64,000 nt of DNA from Planctomycetaceae bacterium (GTDB lineage: Bacteria > Planctomycetota > Planctomycetia > Pirellulales > UBA1268). The notes under the pieces were generated by a model. That model did not search any database and was not told the origin of the DNA. It saw only the letters and a list, made by a program, of their open reading frames with translations. Shown piece after piece: positions 15,881-25,891 of the stretch. Every line of letters starts with the position of its first letter. Position 1 is the first letter of the stretch. The position numbers and the translations under genes were made by a program. The stretch lies in assembly GCA_947459185.1 (NCBI GenBank), contig CANHCU010000006.1:424-64423 (forward strand). Direction: 5' to 3'.

Positions 15881-18385
15881 CTAACGAATGAGCTGAAACT
15901 CGGGAAGCATGACGATTGCCCAGAGGCAGTCGGCCACGCTTTCCTTGGTCGGTGTCGTACCCAGCAGGTCGCGGACTGCCGCTGCCTCGGCCGCGGTGGG
16001 CGGCCGTGCGAGGGCAGCGGCGAACATCCACTCGAGAATGGCATCGGCTCCTGGGCCGTGGGCCTTGATGATCGCGGCACCGCCTCGGACGAATTCGCCT
16101 GCCAGCGTCTGCTCGTTGGCCAGCTGGATCGCCTCGAGCGTGGTGAGGTCGGTCGGCCGCGATGTCACCACCTGATCGCGGTTGGGCCGACCGAGCGCAG
16201 CCATGAGAGCCGTCCCCTTCACGAGCACGGCGCGGACCATCGGCAGCGAGCCGGGGACCGAGGCGACGAGCACCTGCCGCTCAAATGCGGCCAGGCCCGC
16301 CTGCCATGTCTCCTGGGCTTTGACGACGGCGGCTGGCGCCCAGTCGGTCGGCTGTTTGTCTTTGGCGAACTGGCCTTTGCCATCGGGGGCGGCGGCGGTC
16401 CACTGCCACGAGTCGTCCGTGGCGACTGTCACGTCCGCTCCATCGATCAGCCGGCCCCGGATCTCGACCCTCAGGGCAGCGGGTCCGCCAGCGACGCCGT
16501 TGGCGGCGGTGACGACGACCTCATTGGCACCCTGCCTGAGGTCGCTCGTCACCAGTTCCGTCACCGGTTGCGTCCATTCGGTGCTGGCTACAATCCGCTT
16601 CCCGTTCACGAACAGCACCGCCGCATTGTCGGCGGTCAGCACCGCGACGGCATGCGCCGGAGCGGACTTCAGGCTGAAACTCTTGCGGAACGTGAGCTTT
16701 TCTTCCGGCGGCGAAGCTGCCAGATCGTTCGACCAGATCCAGCGGGCCACCGGATCGGTCAGTCCGGGTTCGTCGTCGCGCCGCGTGAACCGCACGACCT
16801 CCACATCGGGCCTCTTCGGAGCGGTGTCGGTCAGGTGCCAGACGGCGTCGGTGAACTGCTCGGCCGACATCCGGCGCGGCAGTGGTCCCATGAAGACATA
16901 GTCAGCGGCCTGCGGCTGGCCTTGGACCGCGGGCGTCGCGGCCCCGTAGGCCTCCGACGTGCAGATCGTCTCGAGCACATGCTTGACATTCCACTGGTGC
17001 GTCACGAGTTCGCCGGCCAGCTGTTCGAGCAGATCCTCGCTCCACGGCCGTGCCCGAAGGCTGTCGATCGGATGCACGAGGCCACGGCCCATCAGCCGCT
17101 GCCAGAGCCGATTGACCAGCGTGCGTGAGAGCCAGCCGTTCTCCGGTTTGGTCATGATCGCGGCGAGCTGTTCCAGCCGTTTCGAGGGCGGAGCGGCGGC
17201 ATCGACCTGCCCCAGCTCCTCGAAAAGCCACGCCGGGCTGGCGATGACTCCCGTCGCCTTGTCACACCGGGAGAGCTCCAGCGGCTTCTCCGTCGCGATG
17301 GCCGCCAGGTCGTAGGTCTGTTTCAGTGTCCAACGGTCGACGAAGCTGTCGTGGCAACTGGCGCATTTGAGGTTGATGCCGAGAAACGTCTGGCCGACGT
17401 TCTGCGCAAACTGGATCGGCACCGTCTGGCTGGAGTTGACCTCGCCCCGCCAGACGATGCCGTCGATGAATCCCCGCGATGCATCGGTAGGCGCGATCAG
17501 TTCACGCACGAATCGGTCATACGCCTTGTTGTCCACGAGCGACTGATGGAGCCAGCCGGTGATCTGTCGGCGTCCTCCGGTGATGAAGCCTGTGCCGCTG
17601 GAGTCGTTCCGGAGAAGATCGTTCCAGAAGGTCATCCAATGCTCGGCGTAGGAGAAGGCATCGTCGAGGAGTTCCCGAACGAGCGCGGATCGCTTGGATG
17701 CGGTCGTATCGGCGACGAATCGTTCCACGCGGTCGGGATCAGGCAGCAGGCCGACCAGATCGAGCGTCACACGGCGAATGAAGGTGCGATCGTCGCACCG
17801 CGGCGGCCGGGCGATGCCTCGCTCCTGCCAGAAGCCGTCGACGATCCGGTCGATGGGATTGGTCCGACCGTTCTGCGCAGGCGGGAGGACCACGGCCTGC
17901 AGACGCAGCGGAGCCTCGTAGCCCGTGCCCTTGAAGGCGAAGCCGTCCTCCCATGGAGCCTTCTCGTCGATCCAGGTCCTGAGCACGGCCACGGCCTCTG
18001 GCGGAAGAGGCGGCCCTTCGCTCGGCATCCGAACATCGGGGTCGGAACTCGTGATCCGGGCGATGATCTCGCTCTCGGCCGCCTTGCCAGCCACGAAGCC
18101 GGCGGTGCCCGAATCGCCGCCGGCCAGCATGGTCTCACGCGTGTTCAGTGAGAAGCCGCCCTGCCGGGCGTCGCCTGTATGGCACTTGCCGCAGTGCACG
18201 CGGAGGACCGGCACCACATCGTGTGCGAAGTCGACGGCAGGGCTTGGCGTCGCGATCCCTGCAATGGCGAGCGCGATCACGATCGGCCAGACGTCCCGGC
18301 CTGGCGGCGCAGCCGTCGAGGCAGCGGCGGTGAAGATCCAGACGCAGCAGCGAAACAGGGTTGTAGAGATTCTCATCTTTGACAC
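15881..18385 (-). CDS. DUF1549/DUF1553 protein with planctomycete cytochrome-c-like domain (PSCyt/PSD1 type)
   Basis: N-terminal CGKCHTGDARQGGFSL, KCASCHDSFVDRW, and a C-terminal region ending VMLPEFQLIR. Confidence 0.9.
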   Translation of the reverse strand: MSKMRISTTLFRCCVWIFTAAASTAAPPGRDVWPIVIALAIAGIATPSPAVDFAHDVVPVLRVHCGKCHTGDARQGGFSLNTRETMLAGGDSGTAGFVAGKAAESEIIARITSSDPDVRMPSEGPPLPPEAVAVLRTWIDEKAPWEDGFAFKGTGYEAPLRLQAVVLPPAQNGRTNPIDRIVDGFWQERGIARPPRCDDRTFIRRVTLDLVGLLPDPDRVERFVADTTASKRSALVRELLDDAFSYAEHWMTFWNDLLRNDSSGTGFITGGRRQITGWLHQSLVDNKAYDRFVRELIAPTDASRGFIDGIVWRGEVNSSQTVPIQFAQNVGQTFLGINLKCASCHDSFVDRWTLKQTYDLAAIATEKPLELSRCDKATGVIASPAWLFEELGQVDAAAPPSKRLEQLAAIMTKPENGWLSRTLVNRLWQRLMGRGLVHPIDSLRARPWSEDLLEQLAGELVTHQWNVKHVLETICTSEAYGAATPAVQGQPQAADYVFMGPLPRRMSAEQFTDAVWHLTDTAPKRPDVEVVRFTRRDDEPGLTDPVARWIWSNDLAASPPEEKLTFRKSFSLKSAPAHAVAVLTADNAAVLFVNGKRIVASTEWTQPVTELVTSDLRQGANEVVVTAANGVAGGPAALRVEIRGRLIDGADVTVATDDSWQWTAAAPDGKGQFAKDKQPTDWAPAAVVKAQETWQAGLAAFERQVLVASVPGSLPMVRAVLVKGTALMAALGRPNRDQVVTSRPTDLTTLEAIQLANEQTLAGEFVRGGAAIIKAHGPGADAILEWMFAAALARPPTAAEAAAVRDLLGTTPTKESVADCLWAIVMLPEFQLIR

Positions 18386-18627
18386 TCGTTCGACTGTTCC
18401 ATCAACGCACGTCAGTTTAGCGTCGTCAATGACGATGCTGCCGGTCGGCAGCGTCCCTCGAACGGCTGCGGAACGTTAGCACCGCAGGCCCGGTCGCCGC
18501 CGCGCCCCCCTGGGCGAGGCCTATTGCTAACGTTTGCCGCCGAAACACCTTCCTGTCAACCGCGAAAAAGCCGAAAAACTGACGTAGATTCGGCTCGGGC
18601 TTTATTCCGCACCAGGAGCATGCATCG

Positions 18628-21207
18628 ATGGCACGTCGTTGCACTCACGCCGACCGGCCGACAACCATCCGCCTCGGGCTCGTGATCTGCCTCGCCGCCA
18701 TGACCCTGAGTGGCTCCGCAGAGGATCGTGCGATGGCAGAAGCCGATGATGCCGGCGCGATCGAGCGATTCGTAAACAGTTCTTGCATGAATTGCCATGA
18801 CGGCCCGGCCGCCGAAGCCGGTCTCGATATGGAGCCGCTTCTGACCGCCCTCGGCCGGCCACAGGCTCTCGATTCCCATGAAATGAGCCAGTGGGAGCGG
18901 GCCTTCGAGCGGGTGGAACGCGGCGAGATGCCTCCGGCCGACGCGGAGCAACCGGCGGCCGACAGCCGACGCGGGTTCCTCGCCGCCTTGGCAGCGGACC
19001 TGGCAGTCCGCAGTCGGGCGGTACAGATTGCCGAGGGCCGCACCGCGTTGCGGCGGCTCAACCGGGTTGAATACGAGAATACGCTGCGGGATCTGCTGGA
19101 GATGCCGGCACCTTCGGTGCAGGATCTGCTGCCGGATGATGCTTCGACCGCCGGCTTCGATACGGTGGCCGTTGGACTTGGCACCTCGGCGATGCATCTC
19201 GTTGGGTATCAGGAGGCTGCCGAGCGAGCCCTGCGGGCCGCCGTGCCCGACCGACCTTTTGCCACACTGCAGTGGTCGGCGACTGGGCGGGAGATCTTCG
19301 AGCGACAGGCCGAAGCCTACACGGCGTGGAATTGCTGGCTGGTCGAAGACGGGCTGGCCGCACCGTCACGCCTGCGGCCGCCCTACAACACCGTGGCGAC
19401 TCCTGCAGCGCCGGCAGACGGGTGCTATCGCGTGCGTGTTCTCGGCAACGTGATCAATACCGAAGGCAAGCCGCTTCCGGTCAGCTTCTCGATCACCCGC
19501 GAAGGGAGCGGTGAATCGGAAACAGTCCTCGCGTGGCGAGACCTCCCGGCCGATGAGCCGAAGACCATCGAAGTGGATCTCGTCCTTCGCAAGGGGCAGC
19601 GGGTCGACGTGCTCGGCTGGACGCTGCCAGACTGGGGCACGGTGAGGGGGAAGACGAAGGAGCAAACGGCCGAGGCCCAGGGGCTTCCGGCCCTCGTGGT
19701 GCGGCGGCTCGAGATCGAAGGCCCGCTCGACAGCTGGCCGCCAGCCAGCTACCGCACACTCTTTGGTGATCTGCCGCTGGCCCCCGAATCGGTGGCCAAG
19801 GCGATCGCGACGGGCATGGCCCTGCCCAAGGTAAACGAACGCCGCGATGACAAGGCCTGGCAGGCCGACCCGCTCGTGCCAGTGCCTATCGATGCGAAGG
19901 CCGACGCCACGAGACTGCTCCGACGGTTTCTGCCGCGGGCGTTCCGGCGGCCCGTGCCCGAGCCGCTGATGGCGGCGTACGTGGCCGAGGCCCATGCGGC
20001 GATCGACGACGGCCTGCCGTTCCACGACGCGATGCGTGAGACCTACCGTTCGGTGCTCTGCTCGCCGCATTTCCTCCTCTTCGCGGAGCGTCCCGGCCAT
20101 CTCGATGGCCATGCGGTCGCCACACGGCTGGCGTATTTTCTCTGGCGTGGTCCTCCGGACGATCAGCTCACCGCGACCGCCGCGGCCGGGAAACTCGCCA
20201 CCGCGTCTGGATTACGGACCGAGGTGGAACGGATGCTCGCCGATCCGAGGGTCGGGCGGTTCGTCGAGGATTTCACCGGCCAATGGCTCGACCTGCGAAA
20301 AATCGATGCCACGACGCCCGACGCGAAGCTGTATCGGGAGTTCGACTCTGTCCTGCAGAAGAGCGCGGTGCAAGAGACGCAACTCTTCTTCGCAGAGCTG
20401 CTGCGGTGCGACGGCAGTGTGCTCGACGTGGTCGACTCGCGGTGGACGATGCTCAACGAGCGGCTGGCGCGTCACTACGATCTGTTTCTCGAATCACCCG
20501 CCGGCCTGAGGTCGCCGGAGAAACGAACGCCGCTCGTGATTGGTGGCGAACTGCGGCGTACGACGCTTCCCCCTGCCAGCCGCCGCGGCGGCGTCCTCAC
20601 GCACGCCAGCGTGCTCAAGGTGACCGCCGACGGCACTCGCACGAGCCCGGTGGTCCGCGGGGCCTGGGTGTGCTCACGAATTCTCGGCATCGAACCGCCG
20701 GCGCCGCCAGCGAACGTTCCCAATATCGAGCCCGACATCCGGGGCGCGACGACGATCCGCGAGCAACTCGCCCGTCATCGCTCAGACGCCAGCTGCGCTT
20801 CCTGTCACAGGCTGATCGATCCGGCGGGATTCGCGCTGGAGACGTACGACGCGATCGGCGGCTGGCGAGATTTTTACCGAACAGCGGCCAAGCCAGGCCA
20901 CAACGCCCTTCTCGCCAACTACGGGCGGTGGGTTCCGCGTGGCCCCGACGTTGAGCAAGGGGATCGGATGCCCGACGGTCGGCCCTTCGCCGACATCGAC
21001 GACTACAAGCGGCTACTCCTGGAGGATCCCGATGCCATCACGCGGAATCTGGCCACCAAGCTCGTGACATTCGCCACCGGTGCGCCGATCCAGTTCGCCG
21101 ATCGCGACGAGATCGACGCCATCGTCGTCGGCATGAAATCGCAGGATTATGGCCTGCGGACGCTGGTCCACGCGGTCGTCCAAAGCCGGATGTTTCAGGA
21201 GAAGTGA
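18628..21207 (+). CDS. DUF1592/DUF1588/DUF1585-family protein with heme-binding-like CxxCH motifs
   Basis: SCMNCHDGPAAEAG near the N-terminus and SCASCHRLIDPAGFALETYDAIGGWR near the C-terminus. It is followed by a DUF1552 gene. Confidence 0.9.
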   Translation: MARRCTHADRPTTIRLGLVICLAAMTLSGSAEDRAMAEADDAGAIERFVNSSCMNCHDGPAAEAGLDMEPLLTALGRPQALDSHEMSQWERAFERVERGEMPPADAEQPAADSRRGFLAALAADLAVRSRAVQIAEGRTALRRLNRVEYENTLRDLLEMPAPSVQDLLPDDASTAGFDTVAVGLGTSAMHLVGYQEAAERALRAAVPDRPFATLQWSATGREIFERQAEAYTAWNCWLVEDGLAAPSRLRPPYNTVATPAAPADGCYRVRVLGNVINTEGKPLPVSFSITREGSGESETVLAWRDLPADEPKTIEVDLVLRKGQRVDVLGWTLPDWGTVRGKTKEQTAEAQGLPALVVRRLEIEGPLDSWPPASYRTLFGDLPLAPESVAKAIATGMALPKVNERRDDKAWQADPLVPVPIDAKADATRLLRRFLPRAFRRPVPEPLMAAYVAEAHAAIDDGLPFHDAMRETYRSVLCSPHFLLFAERPGHLDGHAVATRLAYFLWRGPPDDQLTATAAAGKLATASGLRTEVERMLADPRVGRFVEDFTGQWLDLRKIDATTPDAKLYREFDSVLQKSAVQETQLFFAELLRCDGSVLDVVDSRWTMLNERLARHYDLFLESPAGLRSPEKRTPLVIGGELRRTTLPPASRRGGVLTHASVLKVTADGTRTSPVVRGAWVCSRILGIEPPAPPANVPNIEPDIRGATTIREQLARHRSDASCASCHRLIDPAGFALETYDAIGGWRDFYRTAAKPGHNALLANYGRWVPRGPDVEQGDRMPDGRPFADIDDYKRLLLEDPDAITRNLATKLVTFATGAPIQFADRDEIDAIVVGMKSQDYGLRTLVHAVVQSRMFQEK

Positions 21208-21211
21208 AGTC

Positions 21212-22573
21212 ATGAGTCACCACCACGAAGTGATCGAGAGCCACGGGCATTTAGCGGTCTGTCCGCCCGTGCCGTGGACCACGCCGCCAACGCAGCGGCC
21301 GTTCGCGCGCCGCGACATGCTGCGGGCTGGTGCGGTGGCCATCGGGTTGCCACTGCTCGATTTCTTCTGCGGTCGGCGTAACGCCATGGCCGCGGATCGC
21401 GCGGCGAATCCGCGACGCCTGCTGCTCGTGGGCCGGCCGCTCGGATACCACGCACCTTTTCTCTTTCCCGAAAAGCAGGGCCTCTCCTACGAGGCAACCC
21501 GTTATCTCGCCCACCTGGAGCCCGTGCGCGGCGCCTTCACGGCGGTGTCGGGCATCTCCCATCCGGGGCATAGCCATCACCATTCCGAACCAGGCCTGTT
21601 CACCGGTGTCGACTGGGAGAGGATCGCGCATCCGGATCGAGAGTTTCGCAATTCCGTCTCCCTCGACCAGTTCGTGGCAGAACGCATCGACGCCGAAACC
21701 CGGTATCGCAACCTCGTGCTGGGCAAATCGAACTGGCCGACGTCGTGGACCGCGAAGGGAGCGGCGGTGCCGCCTGAAAACCGGCCGACGGCGGCGTTCC
21801 AGATGCTCTTTCTGGACGGGGATCCAGGCGGGGTGGCTGCGGAAATGCGACGGATTTGCCACGGCCACAGCATCCTCGACCGGGTGCGCGAAGAGGCGAA
21901 GACGCTCGGCCTCGATCTCGGAGCCGACGATCGGAGGCGGATCGACCTCCTGTTTTCCTCGATCCGTGAGGCGGAGCACGTGCTGGCCCGTTCCGAGTCG
22001 TGGGCGTCTTCACCAAAGCCGAAGGTGAATCTTCCGACGCCCACACGGGACCCGTCCGCGGCGGAGGTCACCGAGCGGGAGCGGCTCTGGTTCGACATCG
22101 TGCGACTGGCCTTCGCGACCGATTCCACACGGGTGATCCTGCTCTCCTTTGGTGAGGTGGGTACGCCGAAGGTGCCGGCTGACGTGAATCCCGAGCTGGT
22201 GGGCAATCACCACGACAGCTCTCACCACGGACTCGACGAGAGCAAGATCGCCAAGCTCGCGACGATCGAAGACATTGAGATGCACGAGTTTGGAAGGTTT
22301 CTCGAGTCGATGCAGACGACGGCCGAAGGGGACGGAACGCTCCTTGACCATACGGTGGTCGTAAGCGCGAGCAATCTTGGCAACGCCAGCGCCCACTCGA
22401 GCCAAAACCTGCCGGTGATCGTGGCTGGGGGCGGGCTGAAGCACGTTGGACACCTCGCCTTCGATCGCACGAAGAACCAACGGCTGTGCAATCTCTTCGT
22501 GCGAGTAGCGCAGCAGGTCGGCGTCGATGCCGAGTCGTTCGGCACGAGCGACGGCATTGTTTCGGAGCTCTGA
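21212..22573 (+). CDS. DUF1552 domain protein
   Basis: RRDMLRAGAVAIGLPLLDFF signal region and the canonical partner position after DUF1592. I chose the ATG at 21212, just after the upstream stop; the track ORF starts at 21149. Confidence 0.85.
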   Translation: MSHHHEVIESHGHLAVCPPVPWTTPPTQRPFARRDMLRAGAVAIGLPLLDFFCGRRNAMAADRAANPRRLLLVGRPLGYHAPFLFPEKQGLSYEATRYLAHLEPVRGAFTAVSGISHPGHSHHHSEPGLFTGVDWERIAHPDREFRNSVSLDQFVAERIDAETRYRNLVLGKSNWPTSWTAKGAAVPPENRPTAAFQMLFLDGDPGGVAAEMRRICHGHSILDRVREEAKTLGLDLGADDRRRIDLLFSSIREAEHVLARSESWASSPKPKVNLPTPTRDPSAAEVTERERLWFDIVRLAFATDSTRVILLSFGEVGTPKVPADVNPELVGNHHDSSHHGLDESKIAKLATIEDIEMHEFGRFLESMQTTAEGDGTLLDHTVVVSASNLGNASAHSSQNLPVIVAGGGLKHVGHLAFDRTKNQRLCNLFVRVAQQVGVDAESFGTSDGIVSEL

Positions 22574-22693
22574 AGAACAGGGTATCGGTCGACTTTCCAA
22601 AAAAGCCGAATTGACGTCACCTCAGCCAACGTCCGGTGACCAAAGACGCCTGCACCACGTCGATAAACCTCGGGCGTGCTCTCCACGACAACG

Positions 22694-22848
22694 ACCGGCG
22701 CTCTCCCCTACCCTCGGGGACGTGCGTGGTCGCTGTTCAGAGGCATTCGCAAGTTCGGCAGTCACCAGCGATAGCACTGCCTCCCGCTATGACTCGGGAA
22801 TCCGCATGCCCGCCACGAGAGCGACCGCAGGAGCGAGCAACTCGATGT
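22694..22848 (-). repeat. small-ORF-bearing dispersed repeat, copy 2 (truncated, with an in-frame stop)
   Basis: The minus strand reads IELLAPAVALVAGMRIPES*REAVLSLVTAELANASEQ. It shares the left-flank block ACCGGCGCTCTCCCCT with copy 1 and breaks off at GAGCAACTCGATG. Confidence 0.65.
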
Positions 22849-23444
22849 TGCAGAGCATCGGCAAGGCGAGCCGCGTGTTTGAGCTCGGCGTGTGGCAAGG
22901 AGGGAGCGCCGCGCGGTGGGCGCTGACAATGCGCCTCACTCGCTACGTCGGGATCGACTGCCGCAGCGTTGATCTGCTTTTTGCAGAGAGTCTGCGGCGG
23001 CATCCGCGATGGGGCGCCGTGCGTCTCCATGGCAATATCCCGCAGGCCGATCGGGAATCGCTTCGTCGCATCGCCGACGAGGATTTCGACGGACCGCTGG
23101 ATGTGGTCGTGGATGACGCCTCACACATGTACGCTGACTCACTGGCATCTTTCGACACCCTCTTTCCGAGGTTGCGTCCTGGGGGCATATACCTCATCGA
23201 GGACTGGGCATGGGCACATCGCCCCCGCTCTCAGGGCCCTGACGCGTAGTGGGCGAATGAGCCAGCCCTGTCGAACCTCGTCATGCGGCTGGTCATCCTC
23301 TCGGCCTCGCGGTTCGACTTGGTACCGAGCATCCTCATCCGGCCTGGCTTCGTGGCTGTCACGAACGGAAGGGTTGAGATTGGCGACGACTTCGACACGG
23401 ATCGCCTCATCGTTGCGCGCGGACGGAAGCTGTCGCTTCTCTGA
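22845..23444 (+). pseudogene. class I SAM-dependent methyltransferase interrupted by an in-frame TAG
   Basis: VFELGVWQGGSA (motif I), VVDDASHMY and GGIYLIEDW precede a TAG at 23247-23249. The same frame continues for 64 further codons (WANEPALSNLVMRLVILSASRF...) to the TGA at 23442-23444. The N-terminus abuts repeat copy 2. Confidence 0.6.
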
Positions 23445-23610
23445 TCGACCTGCCCGCGTAAGCGAGGCCACATTCAACGCGACCGGTAGGCCAAAGCGCT
23501 CATCGACGAACTCAAGAGCGACGAGCCGAGCACAATCCCCGGGACGAATGGCAACGGGGCCCGGGGCCTACGCACGGAACAGATCGTTACCCCACAAACT
23601 CCCACACGGG

Positions 23611-24171
23611 TCACCATTTTACGATTCCTCGCATCACTTTGAAGCCACCAACAAGCGTTGAACCTCCATATTCCTTGGCCAAACGGAGGAGGGTTTTGTG
23701 AAATCCGCAATTGGGAAATGTGGATTCGACTTTGGCTATAGCGGATCTGGGTATTCCCTTGCGGCACCAACCTTGCGTTGCGTCTATCCAATCGGCTTTA
23801 CGGCATGCCTCAATGACGTCCGCGTGCATTCCTTCGTACTTGAACACCTTGTGGTGCCAGTGGATCGCGCCACGTAAAGCGTCTGGGTCCAATCCCCAAC
23901 CGTTTTTATCGTTGTCCCTGAGAGCGACAGTTTCTGAGGGCTCCAAATAAGCCAATTCCTGATCTGTCCAAAGCCCGATGTCGTGATAGACGAACGCGGT
24001 TTCCACCATCTGCTCGTGTTCAGCCGCGTTGTCCAGAAAGTGCATGGCGTATGTGATGCAACGGTACACGTGGTTTCGATAGCCATCAAAGTCTTGGCCA
24101 ATCAGAGTTCGGTACGGTGCGAACAACTCTTCAACACGGGGGCGTTCAATCTTGATGGTGCTGTCAAGCAA
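23611..24171 (-). CDS. HD-domain-like phosphohydrolase family protein
   Basis: NHVYRCITYAMHF...AFVYHDIGLW...AIHWHH. The region is visibly lower in GC. Confidence 0.65.
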   Translation of the reverse strand: MLDSTIKIERPRVEELFAPYRTLIGQDFDGYRNHVYRCITYAMHFLDNAAEHEQMVETAFVYHDIGLWTDQELAYLEPSETVALRDNDKNGWGLDPDALRGAIHWHHKVFKYEGMHADVIEACRKADWIDATQGWCRKGIPRSAIAKVESTFPNCGFHKTLLRLAKEYGGSTLVGGFKVMRGIVKW

Positions 24172-24291
24172 GATACATCTGCTTTCTTGGAGTACACTCC
24201 GGCATTATTGAGAACGACCGCGATCAGTGGCTCGCGATCTAAAGATTCGCCACACCACCTGGGTTCATCACGATTCCACAGCATCGCGTGG

Positions 24292-24636
24292 TTAGAGCAT
24301 CGCTGCCAACATCGCCCCGCCAACGCTCGCCTCGAAAAGGATACCAACCACATTGTGCCACGACCGGCTCCCGTCGACGGCCAAGGACAACACTCGGGCC
24401 GCGGCCGCAGCGCACCAAGCGGCACCCACGACGGTGAAGGCAGAAGGAGATTGGGCTACGAAGCATCCAGTGCCGAGGCACAGGAAAAACCCGCCGTATG
24501 TGGCGCGGACTTCGGAAACGCCGAGCGGCCCCTGCGTACCAACGCCCAGAACTCGACAAACGGCAGCGGGAAAAAGCATGCCGAGGCACCCGAGCAATGC
24601 GGTTACGAGGGCTCCACAGTTCGCTAAAAGCATCAT
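24292..24636 (-). CDS. small membrane protein (DUF4345-like)
   Basis: Four hydrophobic segments; RATYGGFFLCLG resembles DUF4345 proteins. Confidence 0.5.
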   Translation of the reverse strand: MMLLANCGALVTALLGCLGMLFPAAVCRVLGVGTQGPLGVSEVRATYGGFFLCLGTGCFVAQSPSAFTVVGAAWCAAAAARVLSLAVDGSRSWHNVVGILFEASVGGAMLAAML

Positions 24637-24782
24637 CTTAAGCCGCCACTTTCGTCGCTCCCACCAGTGGTTTGCGAAGCGGTGAAATACGCTTCACATG
24701 CTGGAGAACCCTCCGCAGGCATCACGCTCGATCACTTTCAAGTTTCACCGCAGCATCCAGATCGATCAACCTCGGTTCCCGC

Positions 24783-24821
24783 TGACCTGCCCCCGGAATA
24801 CGGCACTCCAGTCAGAGAGAG
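24783..24821 (+). repeat. 38-bp IS-end-like motif, copy b
   Basis: TGACCTGCCCCCGGAATACGGCACTCCAGTCAGAGAGAG. It is inverted relative to copy c at 32333-32371. Confidence 0.55.
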
Positions 24822-24976
24822 CATCCGGAGTGGTGAGTCACGGCCCGGCTTCCCCGATTTCCGCGGAAAACCCGACCACGGCAACGCAACTGTGAGCGAG
24901 TTAGGATAGCGAATCTCCCCGAACATCCGAGCCGCTTCGCTGCTTACCCCCGGCAGCCCACACTATTCGTGCGACG

Positions 24977-25891
24977 ATGATCAGTCCACTGAACTCTGTC
25001 GCAGACTCGAACATTCCTCGACCTCGCTTCAGCGTGATCGTGCCGGTCTTGAACGGGGCCCGCTGGTTGCCCGATACGCTTGCCGCGATCGAGTCCCAAA
25101 CATTTCCGGCGGAGGCCACCGAGGTTCTGTTCATCGACAATGGCTCCACCGATGACTCGGTAGCGATTCTCATCCGCCACCCTCGCGTCCGCGTGCTCCA
25201 CGAGCCTCGTCGCGATCCATACCTGGCTCGGAATCGTGGCATCGAAGCGGCTAGCGGCGAGTACCTCGTCTTCCTGGATGCCGACTGTCCTCCGCACGTC
25301 GACTGGCTCGCCGAGTTCGACCGGTCGATTAACCAGGCGCCGGCCGACGTGCTCGTCGGCACTCTGCTTCACCCCGCCAAGTCACCCCTGATGCTGAAGT
25401 GCTACGAGGCTTACTACAACACGAAGATCGCGTGGCTCTTCGCACACGGCCGGACGGCGAACTTCTTCGGGCATGCCGGAAACATGGTCGTCCGCCGCGA
25501 CATATTCACCGATATCGGCTTGTTCGAAGCGATGCCGATCGTTGGAGATACCGAGATCATCCACCGGCTGCTGCACAGCAGGGCGGACGCGGTCATCCGT
25601 TTCGTGCCCCGGGCTCGGGTCGTGCACGCCGAGGTCGACTCGGTCGGTGCCCTGATGGCCAAACTGTACGCGATCGGCATGTACACCCAGAACCTCGTGC
25701 CTCGAGGCGGATACCGTCCCGTATCGCTGCAGGACAAGGTCTGCATCGCAGCCAACTCCATACGATCCCTGCCACTCGGGCTGCTCGGTGTAGTCCCCCT
25801 GGTCACGGTGCTCGGCTGCGGATGGGCGGTATACCTTTCGGGGCGGCTCACCGCGGCCCTGAACGCACTCACGGCGAGGCGGGGTGCCTGA
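24977..25891 (+). CDS. family 2 glycosyltransferase with C-terminal TM segments
   Basis: RFSVIVPVLNGARWLPDTLAAIESQ...VLFIDNGSTDDS...YLVFLDADCPP. It is a paralogue of 53763-54611. Confidence 0.9.
   Translation: MISPLNSVADSNIPRPRFSVIVPVLNGARWLPDTLAAIESQTFPAEATEVLFIDNGSTDDSVAILIRHPRVRVLHEPRRDPYLARNRGIEAASGEYLVFLDADCPPHVDWLAEFDRSINQAPADVLVGTLLHPAKSPLMLKCYEAYYNTKIAWLFAHGRTANFFGHAGNMVVRRDIFTDIGLFEAMPIVGDTEIIHRLLHSRADAVIRFVPRARVVHAEVDSVGALMAKLYAIGMYTQNLVPRGGYRPVSLQDKVCIAANSIRSLPLGLLGVVPLVTVLGCGWAVYLSGRLTAALNALTARRGA

Noticed and set aside
15146-17128. A 660-aa plus-strand ORF. Similar long ORFs were considered at 11181-12323 (+), 25382-26425 (-), 37808-38749 (-), 62395-63597 (+) and 62417-63547 (-).
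   Set aside because: All lie antisense to, or out of frame with, genes that have clear domain signatures. They are Arg/Gly/Pro/His-rich with low-complexity runs, which is typical of shadow ORFs in GC-rich DNA.
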